Below, piece by piece: positions 46,612 to 56,988 of a stretch of DNA of 64,000 nt (position 1 is the stretch's first letter; every line of letters starts with the position of its first letter). Under the pieces are notes generated by a model. It did no database searches. It was not told the DNA's origin and saw only the letters and a program-made list of their open reading frames with translations. The DNA comes from Candidatus Parvarchaeota archaeon (GTDB lineage Archaea; Nanobdellota; Nanobdellia; WJKC01). The stretch is from positions 460,044-524,043 of the forward strand of contig JAUWZX010000001.1 of NCBI GenBank assembly GCA_030615175.1, in the 5' to 3' direction. The position numbers and the translations under genes were made by a program.

Positions 46612-46731
46612 CTCCTTTTTTTATTCTTAACAAAACATTTATATACTCTGCCACATATTTTTTACTAAAAAGAACTGAAAGAAACCAAAATTTGATTTTC
46701 TATCAGTAATAATAAAGAAGGTGAAAGTAAT

Positions 46732-47883
46732 ATGAAAGGATTTGAAGAATTAAACTTAAGTAAAGAAGTAATTCATGATCTTGAAAAGCATGGCATAGTA
46801 GAGCCAACAATCGTGCAATTAAAAACAATACCATTAATAATGGATAACAGGGATGTTTTAGTGCAGTCAGAAACTGGAAGCGGTAAAACAATTGGCTTCG
46901 CGATTCCAACAATAGAGAATTTAAAACCAGCTAATAAAGTGCGCGTACTAGTATTAACGCCGACAAGAGAGTTAGCCAGGCAAGTAGGCGAGGAATACAT
47001 TAAGTTCTCAAGAAGCAAAGGATTAAGGATAGCAATAGTCTACGGAGGAGTATCAATTAATAATCAATTATACAAGGTAAGGCAGGCGGATATAGTTATA
47101 GGAACGCCAGGCAGACTATTAGACTTATTAAACAGGAGAATGTTAGACTTAACGCATACTAAATACTTAGTAATAGATGAAGCGGAGCGATTACTGGATA
47201 TGGGATTCATAGATGATATAGATAGGATAATAAGTTACATGCCTGAAGAGAGGCAAAACATGTTATTCAGTGCAACAATAAATGACAGGGTGTTAAACCT
47301 GGCTGGCAAGTATTTAAACAATCCAGCAAAAGTGCTGCTGGAAAACGTGATAGAGAGCGTAATACTAAGTCAGTATTATTATAATGTTAAGGAATACAAT
47401 AAGTTATCCTTACTGGTTCACATACTAAGCAAGGTTAACAGGGAATTAACCCTTGTCTTCTGTAATACTAAACGAAAAACCAGGTTCGTAGCCCGCGTAC
47501 TGAAAAGTAATAACATAAAATCAGACTGCTTAAATGGTGATATGAGTCAGCATATGAGGGAGAAGGTTATGGAGGACTTCTCAATGCGCAGGATAAAAGT
47601 ATTAGTTGCAACAGATGTTGCGGCCAGGGGAATACACGTGGATGACATAACGCATGTAATAAATTATGACTTGCATGATGAATTAGAAACTTATACGCAC
47701 CGGATAGGCAGGACGGCAAGGAATGGCAGTAAAGGCACTGCAATAACACTATTATCAGATCGGGATTGGTATAAGATGGATAAGGTTATGAATAAATATG
47801 GGGATCAATTGGTTGAACAGCCATTAATTCGTTTTGACAGAATAAGGATGCCTCAACACAGGAGAAGTAATTTTAGAAGATAA
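46732..47883 (+). CDS. DEAD/DEAH-box RNA helicase
   Basis: TGSGKT, PTRELA, TPGR, DEAE, SAT, TDVAARG, HRIGRTAR. Confidence 0.96.
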   Translation: MKGFEELNLSKEVIHDLEKHGIVEPTIVQLKTIPLIMDNRDVLVQSETGSGKTIGFAIPTIENLKPANKVRVLVLTPTRELARQVGEEYIKFSRSKGLRIAIVYGGVSINNQLYKVRQADIVIGTPGRLLDLLNRRMLDLTHTKYLVIDEAERLLDMGFIDDIDRIISYMPEERQNMLFSATINDRVLNLAGKYLNNPAKVLLENVIESVILSQYYYNVKEYNKLSLLVHILSKVNRELTLVFCNTKRKTRFVARVLKSNNIKSDCLNGDMSQHMREKVMEDFSMRRIKVLVATDVAARGIHVDDITHVINYDLHDELETYTHRIGRTARNGSKGTAITLLSDRDWYKMDKVMNKYGDQLVEQPLIRFDRIRMPQHRRSNFRR

Positions 47884-47922
47884 ATTCTTCCAATCCGCAG
47901 TCATCTTAGTGCTGGGCGTTTA

Positions 47923-48180
47923 CTAATCGAATAATTCTGATATTAAGTCCTGTATTTTCATTAGTGAGGATTGCACTCCCTTAACGTCACTAATGGAATC
48001 CATGGCAACTTCACCAACTTGAGTTTCATTAGTTATCATTCCTGTCACTGCCTCGTAAACACCGCTTACCTGCTCGCCAAGGGAGTTTAATAAAGGGATT
48101 ATAACAAACAACCCAACAAATAATATAATAACACCAATCCAGACAGTTACTATTAATTTTATCATGCTCTTCTTATTCAC
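47923..48180 (-). CDS. Small membrane-anchored protein
   Basis: N-terminal TM; start overlaps the stop of the giant gene (GTGA). Confidence 0.65.
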   Translation of the reverse strand: MNKKSMIKLIVTVWIGVIILFVGLFVIIPLLNSLGEQVSGVYEAVTGMITNETQVGEVAMDSISDVKGVQSSLMKIQDLISELFD

Positions 48181-51100
48181 ATTAATCCCTCCATTAAATC
48201 ATATACTTTAACAAGTATGTCTGATAAGTCCTGAATCATTAATTCTAGACTATTATAAATGTAATTAACATTCGCTTCTGACGGCTGGTCCTTAACAGTA
48301 GTGATATATGTTTTCAAGTCATCAGCCCTGTTAATTAAGTCATGGTAACTATCATATATAACCTGCCACTCTGCCAGTTTACCAGTTTCTCCCACATCAT
48401 TATAGTAACTAATAACGCCCAGTAAGTCCAGTAGACTATTATTAAGTTCTTTATTAAATGAGGTAAGCCTGGCATCTAACTCCTCTAACTGCATTTTATA
48501 AGCCATGGTCGGGTTATCATCCTCTGTTATGAATTTTGAAATGCACTTATTGTTAATGCATACAGGTATTGCCTTGCCCAGAGTGCATTCAGTAATCACT
48601 GAAGGACAGATAGGGTTAAGTTCAGCCAGGCTCTTAGTGATTGCACCGCAACCAGAGTAACACATGCAGTCATCATCAGTAACGCATCCTAACTCAACTT
48701 CTTCATCTATAACGTAAGTAATATTGCTTTCATCAACTTCCTCATCAATGCACATGTTATCTGAGCAATTCATGCCAGCGGGGCAGCCAGCATCTAAACA
48801 GCAGTTAAATGAAGTTTCGTAATCCTGTACTACGCCGTCACCGCAAGTTGCTTCATCAACGCATGAAATCTCTAAAGGTGAAATTAAATCACAAGTTCCA
48901 ACCGTGCAGGTACAGTCCAGACAGCATGCTTCAGATGTTTCACTTGGACTGCAGATGCCGTCACCGCAGTACTCTTCTGCACAAATAAAGTCCTCTGGCT
49001 TAATGAAGAATAATATATCCCATCCAGTGATTGTCTGTGATAAGGCAGTGTAAGGTAGGCAAACGCCGGTCTCGCAGCCAGCATCTAAACAGCAGGTTTC
49101 AGGTGTTTCCCCTGCTGAAACAAGCCCGTCACCGCAGAAAGCATTATTCATTGGAACGCAGCCCTTAACATTAGCATAAGAAGAGGTTAAATTACAAACT
49201 TTGTTACCGCAGTCACAATCATTTGGTGCTGTAACGCAGTTTTCTCCAACACTTGGCGAGCAAATGCCATTAGTAGCGCATACCTGAGGCGAGCAGTCAT
49301 AAGAGCATGAAGTGCATTCTCCAGGACCGCATTTCTTGTCACCGCAGCATGATTCAGCTCCTCCAGGGCACTCGAATACTGGCACGCAGCCCATTTTATC
49401 AGCTCTTACATTATCAGGGTCGCATTCAATGCTGCTAGGACAGAAGCAGGCAGGTGAGTTAAGGCAATTATCTCCTAAGCCGGGACTGCATATCTTTGAT
49501 GAATTAACAAATCCCTCTACCGTGATGCAGCCCATTAAGTCAGCGCTTGGAGCTACTGCGCCGTCAGAGTGAACACCGCAATTAAATCCTATAGGGCAAA
49601 CACAGTCTATTGGGTTTGCGTAACAGTTTTCTCCATAACCGCATCTGTAATCAATAATGTTTTCATAAATAACGCAGCCCTGCAAGTCAGTTTTTACGCT
49701 GTCAGGATTGCAGTATGAATCTTTAGGGCAGCGAGCGCAGTCAAGTGAATTCATGCAATTCTCAGTTCCATCGCACACGCCGTCATTACAGACTTCACCG
49801 GAAGGGCAGTCATCTATTTTTAATTCAATTTTGTAAACACAGCCCTTGAAATCAGAATCCTTGCTTCCAGGATTGCATTCAGCTCCTGATGGGCACGCGC
49901 AGTCAATTGACTTGCAGTTCTCTCCGAAGAAAGTGTCGCAGTAATCATCCCCTTCTTCAAAATCGTAGTCAAGCATGCATCCCATGAAGTCCGCGCTTGA
50001 GTCTTTTGGATTGCATATGAATCCTTCAGGGCATTCGCAGTCGCTTGAACTTAAGCAGTTCTCGTTAGGGTCGCAAACATTTTTCCCTCCAACGCATTTA
50101 ATATCCTGGCACCACCCAGTGTTTTGTTCTGTTGTATTCATCATTACTCCTGAAATATCATACATTGTGGTTAATATCATGTTCTCGCACCAATTCCTTC
50201 CAGCGCTTTCACAGTTTTCTTTAGTGTAACAATTCCAGTATTGTTCATAACCGCATGTCGGGCAGGTATAGTCTGTGCACCATGTCTCACACCAGTTACC
50301 ACTCACATTAAGGCATTCTGATTCAGTGAAGCAGTTCCACGGCATGCTTGAACTGCAGGTCGGGCAGGTATAGTCGCTGCACCAGGAGCCCCATTTATCA
50401 CTGCACCAGTTACCTTCATTATTAACGCACTCGCTTTGAGTATAGCAGTTCCATGGCGTGCTTGAACTGCATGTTGGGCAGGTATAATCTGTACACCATC
50501 CGCCCCACATATCAGAGCACCAGTCGCCATTTATTCCTTCACAGTCTTTTTCACTGGCGCAGAGCCATACCTGTTCATTGCTGCACACAGAGCACGCGTA
50601 CTTATCACACCAGGAGCCCCACTCGTCAGAGCACCAGTTAGCTTCCGCTCTCTCGCACTCGCTTTGAGTATTGCAGTTCCATGGCAGGTTTATTGAGCAC
50701 TTAGGGCACTCATAGTAACTGCACCAGTCACCGCACCAGTAACCGCCTGCTGATGTGCACTCAGAAGCTGTTGAACAGAAATCAAGATAATCCTTACTGC
50801 ATGATATACATTTTTCTGACTGGCACCAACCGTTCTTTTCATCACCGCACCAGTTTGCTCCAGCACCCTTGCATTCAAGTTTTGTTTTACAATTCCATGA
50901 CTGGTATTCTAAGCACGTTAAACAAGGAGTTTCCTGACAATAATTATCACACCAGTAATTATTATTTACTATGCAGTCATCTTCAGTATAGCAATTCCAT
51001 GGCATGCTTGAACTGCATGTTGGGCATTCATAGTCGCTGCACCATCCGCCGTAATGACTTTCACACCATTTAGCTCCTACATTAGTGCATTCCTGTTTTG

Positions 51101-54100
51101 AGAAGCAGTTCCACGGCTCGCTTGAACTGCATGTTGGGCAGGTGTAGTCGCTGCACCATGTGCCGCACCAGCTTCCTTCATTATTAATGCATTCGCTTTT
51201 TGTATAGCAATTCCATGGAGTATCCTTTGAGCATGTAGGGCAGGTATAGTCACTGCACCAATTGCCTCCCCAATTATCAATACACCACTTACCGCCAACA
51301 CCTTCACATTCATCTTTTGAATAACAATTCCACGGCTCTGATTTCTTGCACGTTGGGCATTCATATATTGATTTCTGGCACCAGCCGCTCGTGAATGATG
51401 TTGCATTAGCACTAATGCTTTCACACCAGTTACCGCCAGCGCTTTCACATTCATTCTTTGTATAGCAGTTCCATGAACTTGCTGCTGAGCAAATGCCAGC
51501 GCATATGTAGTCACCATAATCATTTATTTTACAGAAAGAGTCACCCCAGCACGCGCATTCAGGGTCAAAGCAGTCAACTAACCCGTCATTATTATCATCT
51601 ACCCTGTTACTGCAAACTTCTGTTACTGCTCCGCAAGACCATGACTGGCACCAACTACTCCATGCGTCAGTGCAATAATAACCGCCAGCGCTCTTGCAGG
51701 ACTCTTTTGTATTACAATTCCATAATTCATCTGAACTGCAGGTTGGGCATTCATAATTGCTGCACCACGTGTCGCACCAGTTTACTCCAGCATTACTGCA
51801 GTCCTTTTCAATGTAGCAGTTCCACGGCATGCTTGAACTGCAGGTCGGGCATTCGTAGGAATCACACCACGTTCCGCACCAGTAACCATTATTAGAAGTG
51901 CATTCTGTTTCTGTCTTGCAGTCCCATAAGTTTTCAGAACTGCATTCGCTTGCACAGTAATAAAACCCTTCAGCATCCTTTTTGCATGACTTGTCGTTAG
52001 GGCACGCGCAGTCCTCATCATTACAGTCTATTTTAGTATCCTTATCATTATCTAATCCGTCACCGCATATTTCGTATAGTTTTGTTTCACCGCAAGGAGA
52101 GATTTGACACCAAGTGTAGCCGTATTCATTAGTGCACCAGTAACCTCCAATGTCAGGGTTAGTGCATTCTGTTTCTATATTGCAATTAAATAAATCATCT
52201 TTACTGCATTGAGGGCATTGGTTTGTCTGGCACCATGAGTATTCTTCATAGTATTTATCCGTACACCAGTATCCTTCTGCTCCACTGCATTCTGTTTCAG
52301 AGTAGCAGTTCCATATGTTTGTTGAACTGCAGTCAGAACAGTATTGTGATAGAGTGCAGTAAGGACTGCAAGTTGAGCATACATTAGTGCACCATGTTCT
52401 ACTTACTCCTTCGCACTCGCTTTGAGTGTAGCAGCTCCAGTAATTGCCTTCAGTGCATTCTGAACAAGCATTTGTCTGGCACCAGGCGTAATCTGCACCA
52501 CCGCACCAGTAACCATTATTAGAAGTGCATTCTGTTTCAGAGTAACAGTTCCATATGTTTGTTGAACTGCAGTCGTAACACCATTGAGGGTCTGTGCAGT
52601 AAGGCTCGCATGTTAGGCAGATGTTTGTGCACCAATCCCCTCCTGCCCCTTCACATGATGTCTGGTCTTTGCATTTCCAGTAATTATTCGAGTCACATGT
52701 TGCGCAAGTATCTGTCTGGCACCATCCTGGACTCCATTCATCAGCACACCAGTGACCGCCTGCATTCGTGCACGTTGTCTGCGTGTAACAGTTCCATACA
52801 TCAGTGGAACTGCATTGTGGGCATGAGCCTATGGTCGTGCACCAGGGATCGCATGTTAGGCAGATGTTTGTGCACCAATCCCCTCCTGCTGTTGTGCATG
52901 TTGTTTGGTCTTTGCATTTCCAGTAATTATCCGAGTCGCATACTGTGCATTCGTTTGATTGGCACCACCCTGTTCCGCAACTTGAATCATAATCATAAAG
53001 GCACCAGTAGCCATTATTAGAATTGCATTCTGATTCAGTGTAGCAGTAACTTACTTGACTGCCTGTACTGCAACTGCAGTCATAATTAGCGCACCAGCCG
53101 GTTCCACCGCAACTGCCAGTGCACCAGTAATAACCTGTTCCAAGACCTTCACAATCTGTTTGATTATAGCAATACCAGTAATTCGTTGTTGAACATTCAT
53201 ATGCTGAAGTGCACGTGACACTGCAGCAGTTATAAGAATCCGTTGCTGTTAAGTAAGTTCCAGAGCAAGTCTCTTCTGGTGAGCACATGTCTCCTCCCTG
53301 CTCTGAGCATGTTTTAGGGCAATCCGTGCTGCTTGATGCATAAACATCGCCTGAGCAGCAGTATCCTGAGTACTTATCAATGTTTTGGCATTTGCACCCG
53401 CTTGAAGGTATTACTCCTTCAGTGCAGTTAGACAGTTCCCCTGTTTCAATGCATTGACCCATGCTGCATGTTTTTCCGCTTGCAGTGCAGTTCTCTTTTT
53501 CCCATGAACTCCATACTGAGTGGCTGCATCCTCCATTAGCGCATGTGTACAAGTGTCTTTCCTGAACAACTTTGTCATTATAGCAGGATGGTTCTCCTAT
53601 GTATACTTCGCCGCCGCATTCAGCGTCAGTAGTGCATGAATTAATAGTGAATGTTAGGTTCTGCGTGCTTACTTGACTGCTCGTGTCTGTTGCCTCGACA
53701 GTTATTGTATGCGTTCCAGTAATGTAAGTTGAGACAGTTGTATTGTAATCGCAGCTCGTGCCTGAACAGGTTATTGTCACGCCTGATTGGAATGCCCAGT
53801 CCCCGTACCACCTGGCACTGCTGATTCCAATGTCATCAGTTATTGTAGCAGTTAAATTCATTTCCAGTCCAGCGTACTGGGTTGATGGCGTAAGGCTTGC
53901 CGTAACTGAAGGATAACTGTCAAGAATGCATGCTTTTAAGATAGAGTCATAAACATAATCTGTTGCGCAGTCTGCACTGGAATTGGCGTAGTAGCACTCG
54001 TGAGTTGTTAAGTCGCAGTACCTCACTGCATCTGCTCCTGAGCTTGAATAATTCATGCTGTACATGTTATTGCACATTAAGTCAGCATTGCATCCTGACA

Positions 54101-54440
54101 GGCAGTCAGCGCTTCGGCAGTGGCAGCCCCAGCCATAAGTTGCATCTGTATATTTTGCGTAAGGGCAGAAATAACCTTCACTATCACAATAATGATGATA
54201 ATAAGTGCTGCATTGAGTTTGAGAGCAGTCTGAAGCACAAGTATCACAATTACTTGCTGTAATACAAGTATTACTGTCAGTGCACCAGTGTGCTCCAGCG
54301 GTTTCACAATCAGTTTGTGTTGTACAAAAGTCAAGTGTTGCATTAGAACAAGAAGTATTATCTAATGCATCCGCGAAGACGGTGTTAATAATGGCAAAAG
54401 TAGTAATTATAAATAATAACAGAATCTTCTCCTTGTCCAT
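48177..54440 (-). CDS. Giant secreted Cys/Trp-rich repeat protein (2087 aa)
   Basis: Signal peptide, Ig-like segment, about 25 six-Cys repeats, two Asp-rich CxDxxDN-type motifs, CGDG repeats, helical C-terminus. Confidence 0.9.
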   Translation of the reverse strand: MDKEKILLLFIITTFAIINTVFADALDNTSCSNATLDFCTTQTDCETAGAHWCTDSNTCITASNCDTCASDCSQTQCSTYYHHYCDSEGYFCPYAKYTDATYGWGCHCRSADCLSGCNADLMCNNMYSMNYSSSGADAVRYCDLTTHECYYANSSADCATDYVYDSILKACILDSYPSVTASLTPSTQYAGLEMNLTATITDDIGISSARWYGDWAFQSGVTITCSGTSCDYNTTVSTYITGTHTITVEATDTSSQVSTQNLTFTINSCTTDAECGGEVYIGEPSCYNDKVVQERHLYTCANGGCSHSVWSSWEKENCTASGKTCSMGQCIETGELSNCTEGVIPSSGCKCQNIDKYSGYCCSGDVYASSSTDCPKTCSEQGGDMCSPEETCSGTYLTATDSYNCCSVTCTSAYECSTTNYWYCYNQTDCEGLGTGYYWCTGSCGGTGWCANYDCSCSTGSQVSYCYTESECNSNNGYWCLYDYDSSCGTGWCQSNECTVCDSDNYWKCKDQTTCTTAGGDWCTNICLTCDPWCTTIGSCPQCSSTDVWNCYTQTTCTNAGGHWCADEWSPGWCQTDTCATCDSNNYWKCKDQTSCEGAGGDWCTNICLTCEPYCTDPQWCYDCSSTNIWNCYSETECTSNNGYWCGGADYAWCQTNACSECTEGNYWSCYTQSECEGVSRTWCTNVCSTCSPYCTLSQYCSDCSSTNIWNCYSETECSGAEGYWCTDKYYEEYSWCQTNQCPQCSKDDLFNCNIETECTNPDIGGYWCTNEYGYTWCQISPCGETKLYEICGDGLDNDKDTKIDCNDEDCACPNDKSCKKDAEGFYYCASECSSENLWDCKTETECTSNNGYWCGTWCDSYECPTCSSSMPWNCYIEKDCSNAGVNWCDTWCSNYECPTCSSDELWNCNTKESCKSAGGYYCTDAWSSWCQSWSCGAVTEVCSNRVDDNNDGLVDCFDPECACWGDSFCKINDYGDYICAGICSAASSWNCYTKNECESAGGNWCESISANATSFTSGWCQKSIYECPTCKKSEPWNCYSKDECEGVGGKWCIDNWGGNWCSDYTCPTCSKDTPWNCYTKSECINNEGSWCGTWCSDYTCPTCSSSEPWNCFSKQECTNVGAKWCESHYGGWCSDYECPTCSSSMPWNCYTEDDCIVNNNYWCDNYCQETPCLTCLEYQSWNCKTKLECKGAGANWCGDEKNGWCQSEKCISCSKDYLDFCSTASECTSAGGYWCGDWCSYYECPKCSINLPWNCNTQSECERAEANWCSDEWGSWCDKYACSVCSNEQVWLCASEKDCEGINGDWCSDMWGGWCTDYTCPTCSSSTPWNCYTQSECVNNEGNWCSDKWGSWCSDYTCPTCSSSMPWNCFTESECLNVSGNWCETWCTDYTCPTCGYEQYWNCYTKENCESAGRNWCENMILTTMYDISGVMMNTTEQNTGWCQDIKCVGGKNVCDPNENCLSSSDCECPEGFICNPKDSSADFMGCMLDYDFEEGDDYCDTFFGENCKSIDCACPSGAECNPGSKDSDFKGCVYKIELKIDDCPSGEVCNDGVCDGTENCMNSLDCARCPKDSYCNPDSVKTDLQGCVIYENIIDYRCGYGENCYANPIDCVCPIGFNCGVHSDGAVAPSADLMGCITVEGFVNSSKICSPGLGDNCLNSPACFCPSSIECDPDNVRADKMGCVPVFECPGGAESCCGDKKCGPGECTSCSYDCSPQVCATNGICSPSVGENCVTAPNDCDCGNKVCNLTSSYANVKGCVPMNNAFCGDGLVSAGETPETCCLDAGCETGVCLPYTALSQTITGWDILFFIKPEDFICAEEYCGDGICSPSETSEACCLDCTCTVGTCDLISPLEISCVDEATCGDGVVQDYETSFNCCLDAGCPAGMNCSDNMCIDEEVDESNITYVIDEEVELGCVTDDDCMCYSGCGAITKSLAELNPICPSVITECTLGKAIPVCINNKCISKFITEDDNPTMAYKMQLEELDARLTSFNKELNNSLLDLLGVISYYNDVGETGKLAEWQVIYDSYHDLINRADDLKTYITTVKDQPSEANVNYIYNSLELMIQDLSDILVKVYDLMEGLM

Positions 54441-54506
54441 TAAGAAATTATGAAGGAATTGCCTGAATAAAAAGGTTTTTAATTTTAATAATCGTCTGAT
54501 TCTTTA

Positions 54507-54809
54507 ATGAGTTTTATTAATAGTTTAATATTCATAGCAGTAGGATTTATTGGCTTATTACTTGTCAAGGCTGCAGTCAAGGCAGTGTCAATAATATTCA
54601 TCATATTATTAGGAATTGGAGTGCTGGGCTTGATTGGTTATGACATAACTGACTTCCTGACAGGAACAGTGACTAATATTACTCGGGCTGAATTAGTGAA
54701 TAAGTCGCTTGAGCTTAAGGAATGCGTTGTACAGGCCTGTAACTGCAGTCAGGGCATAGTGATTGACTGCATAACGCAGACAATAATCCCCATTAACCTG
54801 ACTACTTGA
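54507..54809 (+). CDS. Small membrane protein with C-terminal Cys cluster
   Basis: Two TMs, C-x3-CxC-x7-C; divergent from the giant gene. Confidence 0.6.
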   Translation: MSFINSLIFIAVGFIGLLLVKAAVKAVSIIFIILLGIGVLGLIGYDITDFLTGTVTNITRAELVNKSLELKECVVQACNCSQGIVIDCITQTIIPINLTT

Positions 54810-54819
54810 GTAATCTTTT

Positions 54820-55686
54820 CTAATGAAGAATTAGGCACTTAAGGTAGTCCTTGCCTGTTCTTTGTTTTAGTAATTTTTTCCACGCGTTCTCCAGAGTCTT
54901 AGGCTTGAATTCAGGAGGTTCATTACCATTTAACCGCGTGTAAGTTGGCGAGTAAAGAGAGATTTGCAGTATATTAACTTTTTCAGGCCGTTGTATCACC
55001 ACGTCAAATAAGTCCTCTAAATCCAGTAAGTCTTTCTCGTCCTGTATTAAGTCAATTAAGTAAATTGAATAATCATCAAGCACGTCCTCCATGTACTCTA
55101 AGTTCTCCAACTGCTTGTACCAAATCTTGCCTGGCAGCCCGGTATTTTCCTCAAAATTCTTTTCACTTATCCCTTTAATGCACATCTGGAATTGCACGTT
55201 TGACTGATTGATTAATTCTTCCTTATGAAGCTTTCTCGTTAAGTTAGTGTCAATGTTTAATCCGTATTCATGAGGGAATTCACGTATTATTTTGTACAGG
55301 AATTGCGGGAAAAGTGTTGGTTCTCCTCCACTAATCCTTAATGCATTAACATCTTCATTCTCATTTAAGTAAGTCACTACTTCATTGAGTACCTGATTAA
55401 CTGGTTTATTAATCCCCCTGCTAGCATCCTTGTTCTTGTCATCAACATAGCAGAACCAGCAGTTCATATTGCATTTATTAACCTGGCTTGTTAGAACCTT
55501 GTTCGTTTTATAAGGGCTTAAGCCAAGTTTTCGCGATGCCACGAATGGAACCCTGCCAAATTCTTTCTTCTTCTTATTAATATTCCACATGTAATAGTAA
55601 ATCCTGTAAGTATCATTTATTATATCACCGCTTTTCTTAATATCCTCTTTCTGTTTTCCTTCATTAAAGTTTGTTAAATAAACCAA
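54820..55686 (-). CDS. Radical SAM protein (paralog 2)
   Basis: CNMNCWFCYVD, RISGGEP, DTN. Confidence 0.9.
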   Translation of the reverse strand: MVYLTNFNEGKQKEDIKKSGDIINDTYRIYYYMWNINKKKKEFGRVPFVASRKLGLSPYKTNKVLTSQVNKCNMNCWFCYVDDKNKDASRGINKPVNQVLNEVVTYLNENEDVNALRISGGEPTLFPQFLYKIIREFPHEYGLNIDTNLTRKLHKEELINQSNVQFQMCIKGISEKNFEENTGLPGKIWYKQLENLEYMEDVLDDYSIYLIDLIQDEKDLLDLEDLFDVVIQRPEKVNILQISLYSPTYTRLNGNEPPEFKPKTLENAWKKLLKQRTGKDYLKCLILH

Positions 55687-55754
55687 TTCAATGATTTTTA
55701 TCCTATCTTTCTTTTAATACATTTATTTAGTTTAAAATAATGATTCCAAGCCAG

Positions 55755-56471
55755 TCATCTAATAATCTTGGTTAAATTAAATTTCTTGCCATTGAACTCT
55801 CTTTCAAGCTCTAAAAAAGTAATTCCACGCTTATCAATATACTTCAAAGTGTAAGGAATGTCAGTGAAAATATTAAGCTTCTTAACATCTTTAATATTAA
55901 CCCATTTGTTAAGCCTGTCAGGAGTTTTCTTTTTCAGTTTGCCGGAAAAATCATTACACCTTAAAACATAAAACATGTGATGAGAATGAATATTATTCTC
56001 TTTATTTGTTCTTATTGAGTAAATAATTTTAAGCTTTAAATCCTTAGGCGCGTAACCAGTTCTCTCCATAGTTTGTCTGACAGCACTTTCCCTTACTCCC
56101 TCCCCGAAATGCATTCTACCCACCACGCTTATAGCCCACACGCCCTTAAATGGTTCCCTCCCAAGCTTTGATAATAAAATCTTATCTTCTTTTCTAATAA
56201 CCACTCCTACAATCACGAAAGGCTGCTTATGTACTCCCATCTCATTTAAGTCAACATAAATCGCCAGTTCTTTGCCAAGATTGCTTAATGAATACAAGCC
56301 ATCCTCATCCTTTTTTATAATACCAAGCTTAACTAATTTATTCAAATGATAATTAAAACGATTAGAACGAATATTACTATCCTGTAATTGTGAAAAACTA
56401 AGCTTTGACTTATACATTAATTTCTTAAAAATTTTCTTACGGACATCATGATTTAATAAATTTAACTCCAT
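55755..56471 (-). CDS. Winged-HTH plus degenerate NUDIX regulator (copy 2)
   Basis: Same length as 45326-46042; about 49 of 238 aa differ (manual count). Confidence 0.85.
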   Translation of the reverse strand: MELNLLNHDVRKKIFKKLMYKSKLSFSQLQDSNIRSNRFNYHLNKLVKLGIIKKDEDGLYSLSNLGKELAIYVDLNEMGVHKQPFVIVGVVIRKEDKILLSKLGREPFKGVWAISVVGRMHFGEGVRESAVRQTMERTGYAPKDLKLKIIYSIRTNKENNIHSHHMFYVLRCNDFSGKLKKKTPDRLNKWVNIKDVKKLNIFTDIPYTLKYIDKRGITFLELEREFNGKKFNLTKIIR

Positions 56472-56536
56472 GTAAATTCTTTTGGATGAAGTTACTAATA
56501 AATTTAACCATTTTTTTAAAAAAAAATAATAATGAT

Positions 56537-56893
56537 TTAGATAATGAATTCTAGCATAGTAACATCATCATTAACTGTTACTTGATCTCCATATATGCTT
56601 CTTAATTTTTTAACTAGGTTTTCTAAACCATCACCCATGTATTCCTCTGGCACGTTTTTTAACAACGTTTTTTGTTTGTCAACCAATTTAAGTGTTAAAA
56701 CTGTCAGCGCTGTTTCAGGATTCTTACCAACCGTGATGTCAACAAGGCTTCCAATTTTGTAATCCTGGTTGTCAAAATACTTTGTTCCATACCTTAATTC
56801 ATACCACGCGCTCTTAACTTTAATTTCTTCTTTTATGTAATCACTCCATTTCTGTTCGTCTTCTCTTTCCCATAAATTAAATTTTGGTGTCAT
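56537..56893 (-). CDS. ASCH/PUA-like domain protein
   Basis: ELR...YKIGSLV...LKNVPEE...LRSIYG...VTMLEF matches the ASCH (YqfB-like) pattern. Confidence 0.6.
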   Translation of the reverse strand: MTPKFNLWEREDEQKWSDYIKEEIKVKSAWYELRYGTKYFDNQDYKIGSLVDITVGKNPETALTVLTLKLVDKQKTLLKNVPEEYMGDGLENLVKKLRSIYGDQVTVNDDVTMLEFII

Positions 56894-56930
56894 AAAATTC
56901 CTTTAATTTAATGATTAATAAATAGGTTTT

Positions 56931-56946
56931 CTCAAAAGAATTTGAC
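56931..56946. promoter_or_regulatory. Operator variant CTCAA-N6-TTGAC upstream of the ASCH gene
   Basis: Minus strand reads GTCAAATTCTTTTGAGAAAACCTATTTA, versus CTCAAGAAATTTTGAGAAAACATATTTA at 44959. Confidence 0.6.
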
Positions 56947-56988
56947 TCAAAAAAATTTAAAGAATAAATAAAAGAAAAAAGTTTTTTT

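Noticed and set aside
46732..47883. DEAE instead of DEAD in helicase motif II as a novelty
   Set aside because: It is a single conservative change with all other motifs intact.
50095..53200. Diversity-generating retroelement acting on the Cys-rich repeats
   Set aside because: There is no reverse transcriptase or non-coding template repeat in the window, and differences between repeats are not confined to adenines.
48884..54343. Alternative-frame ORFs inside the giant gene
   Set aside because: They are by-products of repetitive Cys/Trp codons and have no independent promoter or motif evidence.
56474..56943. 11-bp inverted repeat (AAATTCTTTTG / CAAAAGAATTT) flanking the ASCH gene as transposon ends
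   Set aside because: It is short and AT-rich, with no target duplication or transposase; more likely chance or a degenerate operator site.
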